Assembly (NCBI GenBank): GCA_046563655.1
Contig: CM102285.1
Span: forward strand, 9,300,001-9,364,000
DNA from: Yuukianura sp. NJ FZ-2021
Taxonomy: Eukaryota
Reading direction: 5' to 3'
Length of the DNA: 64,000 nucleotides
Below, piece after piece: positions 62,689 through 64,000 of the stretch. The position numbers and the translations under genes are program-made. Position 1 is the first letter of the stretch. Every line of letters starts with the position of its first letter. Under the pieces are notes generated by a model. The model did no database searches. It saw only the letters and a program-made list of their open reading frames with translations, and had not been told where the DNA came from.

Positions 62689-64000
62689 ACGCAGTCAAAG
62701 GTAAGCCCCGCCGAGGAGCCAGAGCCACTTGTGCCACCGGAAGATACTGGCGAGCCACTCGCAGACTCTTGCACTTATTCTTCCTCTGTCTCCTTTAATC
62801 TTTCTTCTTCTTCTCCCCTCTTCATTGACATGGTTAGAAGTGGTAGGATTGACGTTAGAACAGGACAGGTAACTTTTGGTAGTCAAAGTCTTCCTTTGAG
62901 TGCAGCTATGACAGCAGGTAGGGTACGGTATGAACCAACAAGTGGGGCCATGGCGACAGGAAGTGCGCCATTGGCTGATCTAATTGACCAAGGTCTCGTG
63001 TCATCTCCATCGGAAGAACAGAAAGCAACGGGAGTGCCCATGGGAATACTGAATCGCTTTTCCGGTGAAGTTTTGAACTTGGACGAAGCCATTGCCAGTG
63101 GAGTTTTGAATCCTGAAGTGACGGAAGTCTTCGATCCCAAAACACGCACAAGAGTCACTGTCACTGAGGCTATTGAATCTCAGCTGCTGGATCCGGTACG
63201 GGGGACTTGGAATGATGAGGCAGCGGGGACCAGTGTTCCTGTGACAACTGCGAGACGAGAATCCCTGATCATGAAGCCCTTGACTCTCAAAGATTGTGTT
63301 GACATGGACTTGGTGACTGACGAGATGACAGAACTCATTGACCCGATTACTAACCAGAAACAATCCTTACTTGAGGCTATTGCTTCTGGCAACATTGACT
63401 ATGAGACTAAGACAGTGACTGACACAGAGACTGGTGATATTGTGAATTTACAAGAAGCTTTTGCAAAAGAAATTGTGACGATGGATGCCTTAGTAAGAGA
63501 CACGAGAACTGGAGTGATGTATCCACTAAGGGAGGCGGCCAGTAGAGGACTTTTGTCTTCTGTAAAACGCGTGTCAATCTTCGATATCCCTTGTGTCATG
63601 GATCCTGTCAAGAAAGTACCAGTGTCAGTGATGGAAGCATTGAAAACGGGAATTATTAATCCGAAGACGAAGACTGTAAAAGTAGGAGGCGGGAAAATTC
63701 CAGTTTGCTTCGAAGTAGCTGGGAAACGGGAAATCATCAGTCCTCAGATTTTTTCGCTGTTGAACGAACCCAGTGGAATCTACGATCCGAAGAGCAAAGG
63801 AAAGGAACTTAGCGTACTGGAAGCCATTGTTACCGAAAAAATCCTACCGACGGGCGAAGTTTTTGATGAAAAACGTAAAGTGTATGAACCTATGGACAGC
63901 GCCATTGAAAAGGGAGACTTAGACCCAGACAGCGGAGATGTTCTCAAAAGCATGTACAATGTTAACCTCACGACGACCACAGTCACCAAAACAGTTCGTC
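62689..64000 (+). CDS. shot: Plakin (plectin) repeat domain exon of the spectraplakin, open to the window end
   Basis: Stop-free frame from 62653 to 64000, absent from the ORF track probably because it has no stop codon. Repeats such as VFDPKTRTRVTVTEAIESQLLDP, LIDPITNQKQSLLEAIASGNID and GIYDPKSKGKELSVLEAI. Likely acceptor tacag|62689 (or gcag|62695); the 5' boundary is uncertain. Confidence 0.88.

Noticed and set aside
62695..63989. Minus-strand ORFs of 63-120 aa
   Set aside because: Antisense shadows of the plus-strand plakin-repeat exon.

Overview
Eukaryotic, probably arthropod, genomic DNA containing part of a spectraplakin gene (Drosophila short stop/shot; vertebrate MACF1/dystonin/plectin family) on the + strand. 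Bases 1-17.5 kb hold the CH1 and CH2 actin-binding exons, a candidate 18-nt microexon, two alternative first exons between CH1 and CH2 (each with an Inr+DPE core promoter at canonical spacing) and several MITEs. After a 100-N gap comes about 41 kb (roughly 2,150 units) of a dyad-symmetric 19-bp satellite, TGGAAAA-GTTA-TTTTCCA-A. It is interrupted by a 1.29-kb CCC...GGG transposon and a deleted copy of that element's end. Two head-to-tail Helentron-associated elements (HINE/DINE-1-like) follow, with two nested 8-bp-TSD foldback MITEs, and then a plakin-repeat-domain exon that runs off the window. The ~9,700-aa ORFs are satellite artefacts. The exons for the end of CH2 and the plakin domain were not found and are presumably in the gap. 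All coordinates were read by eye; no searches were run.
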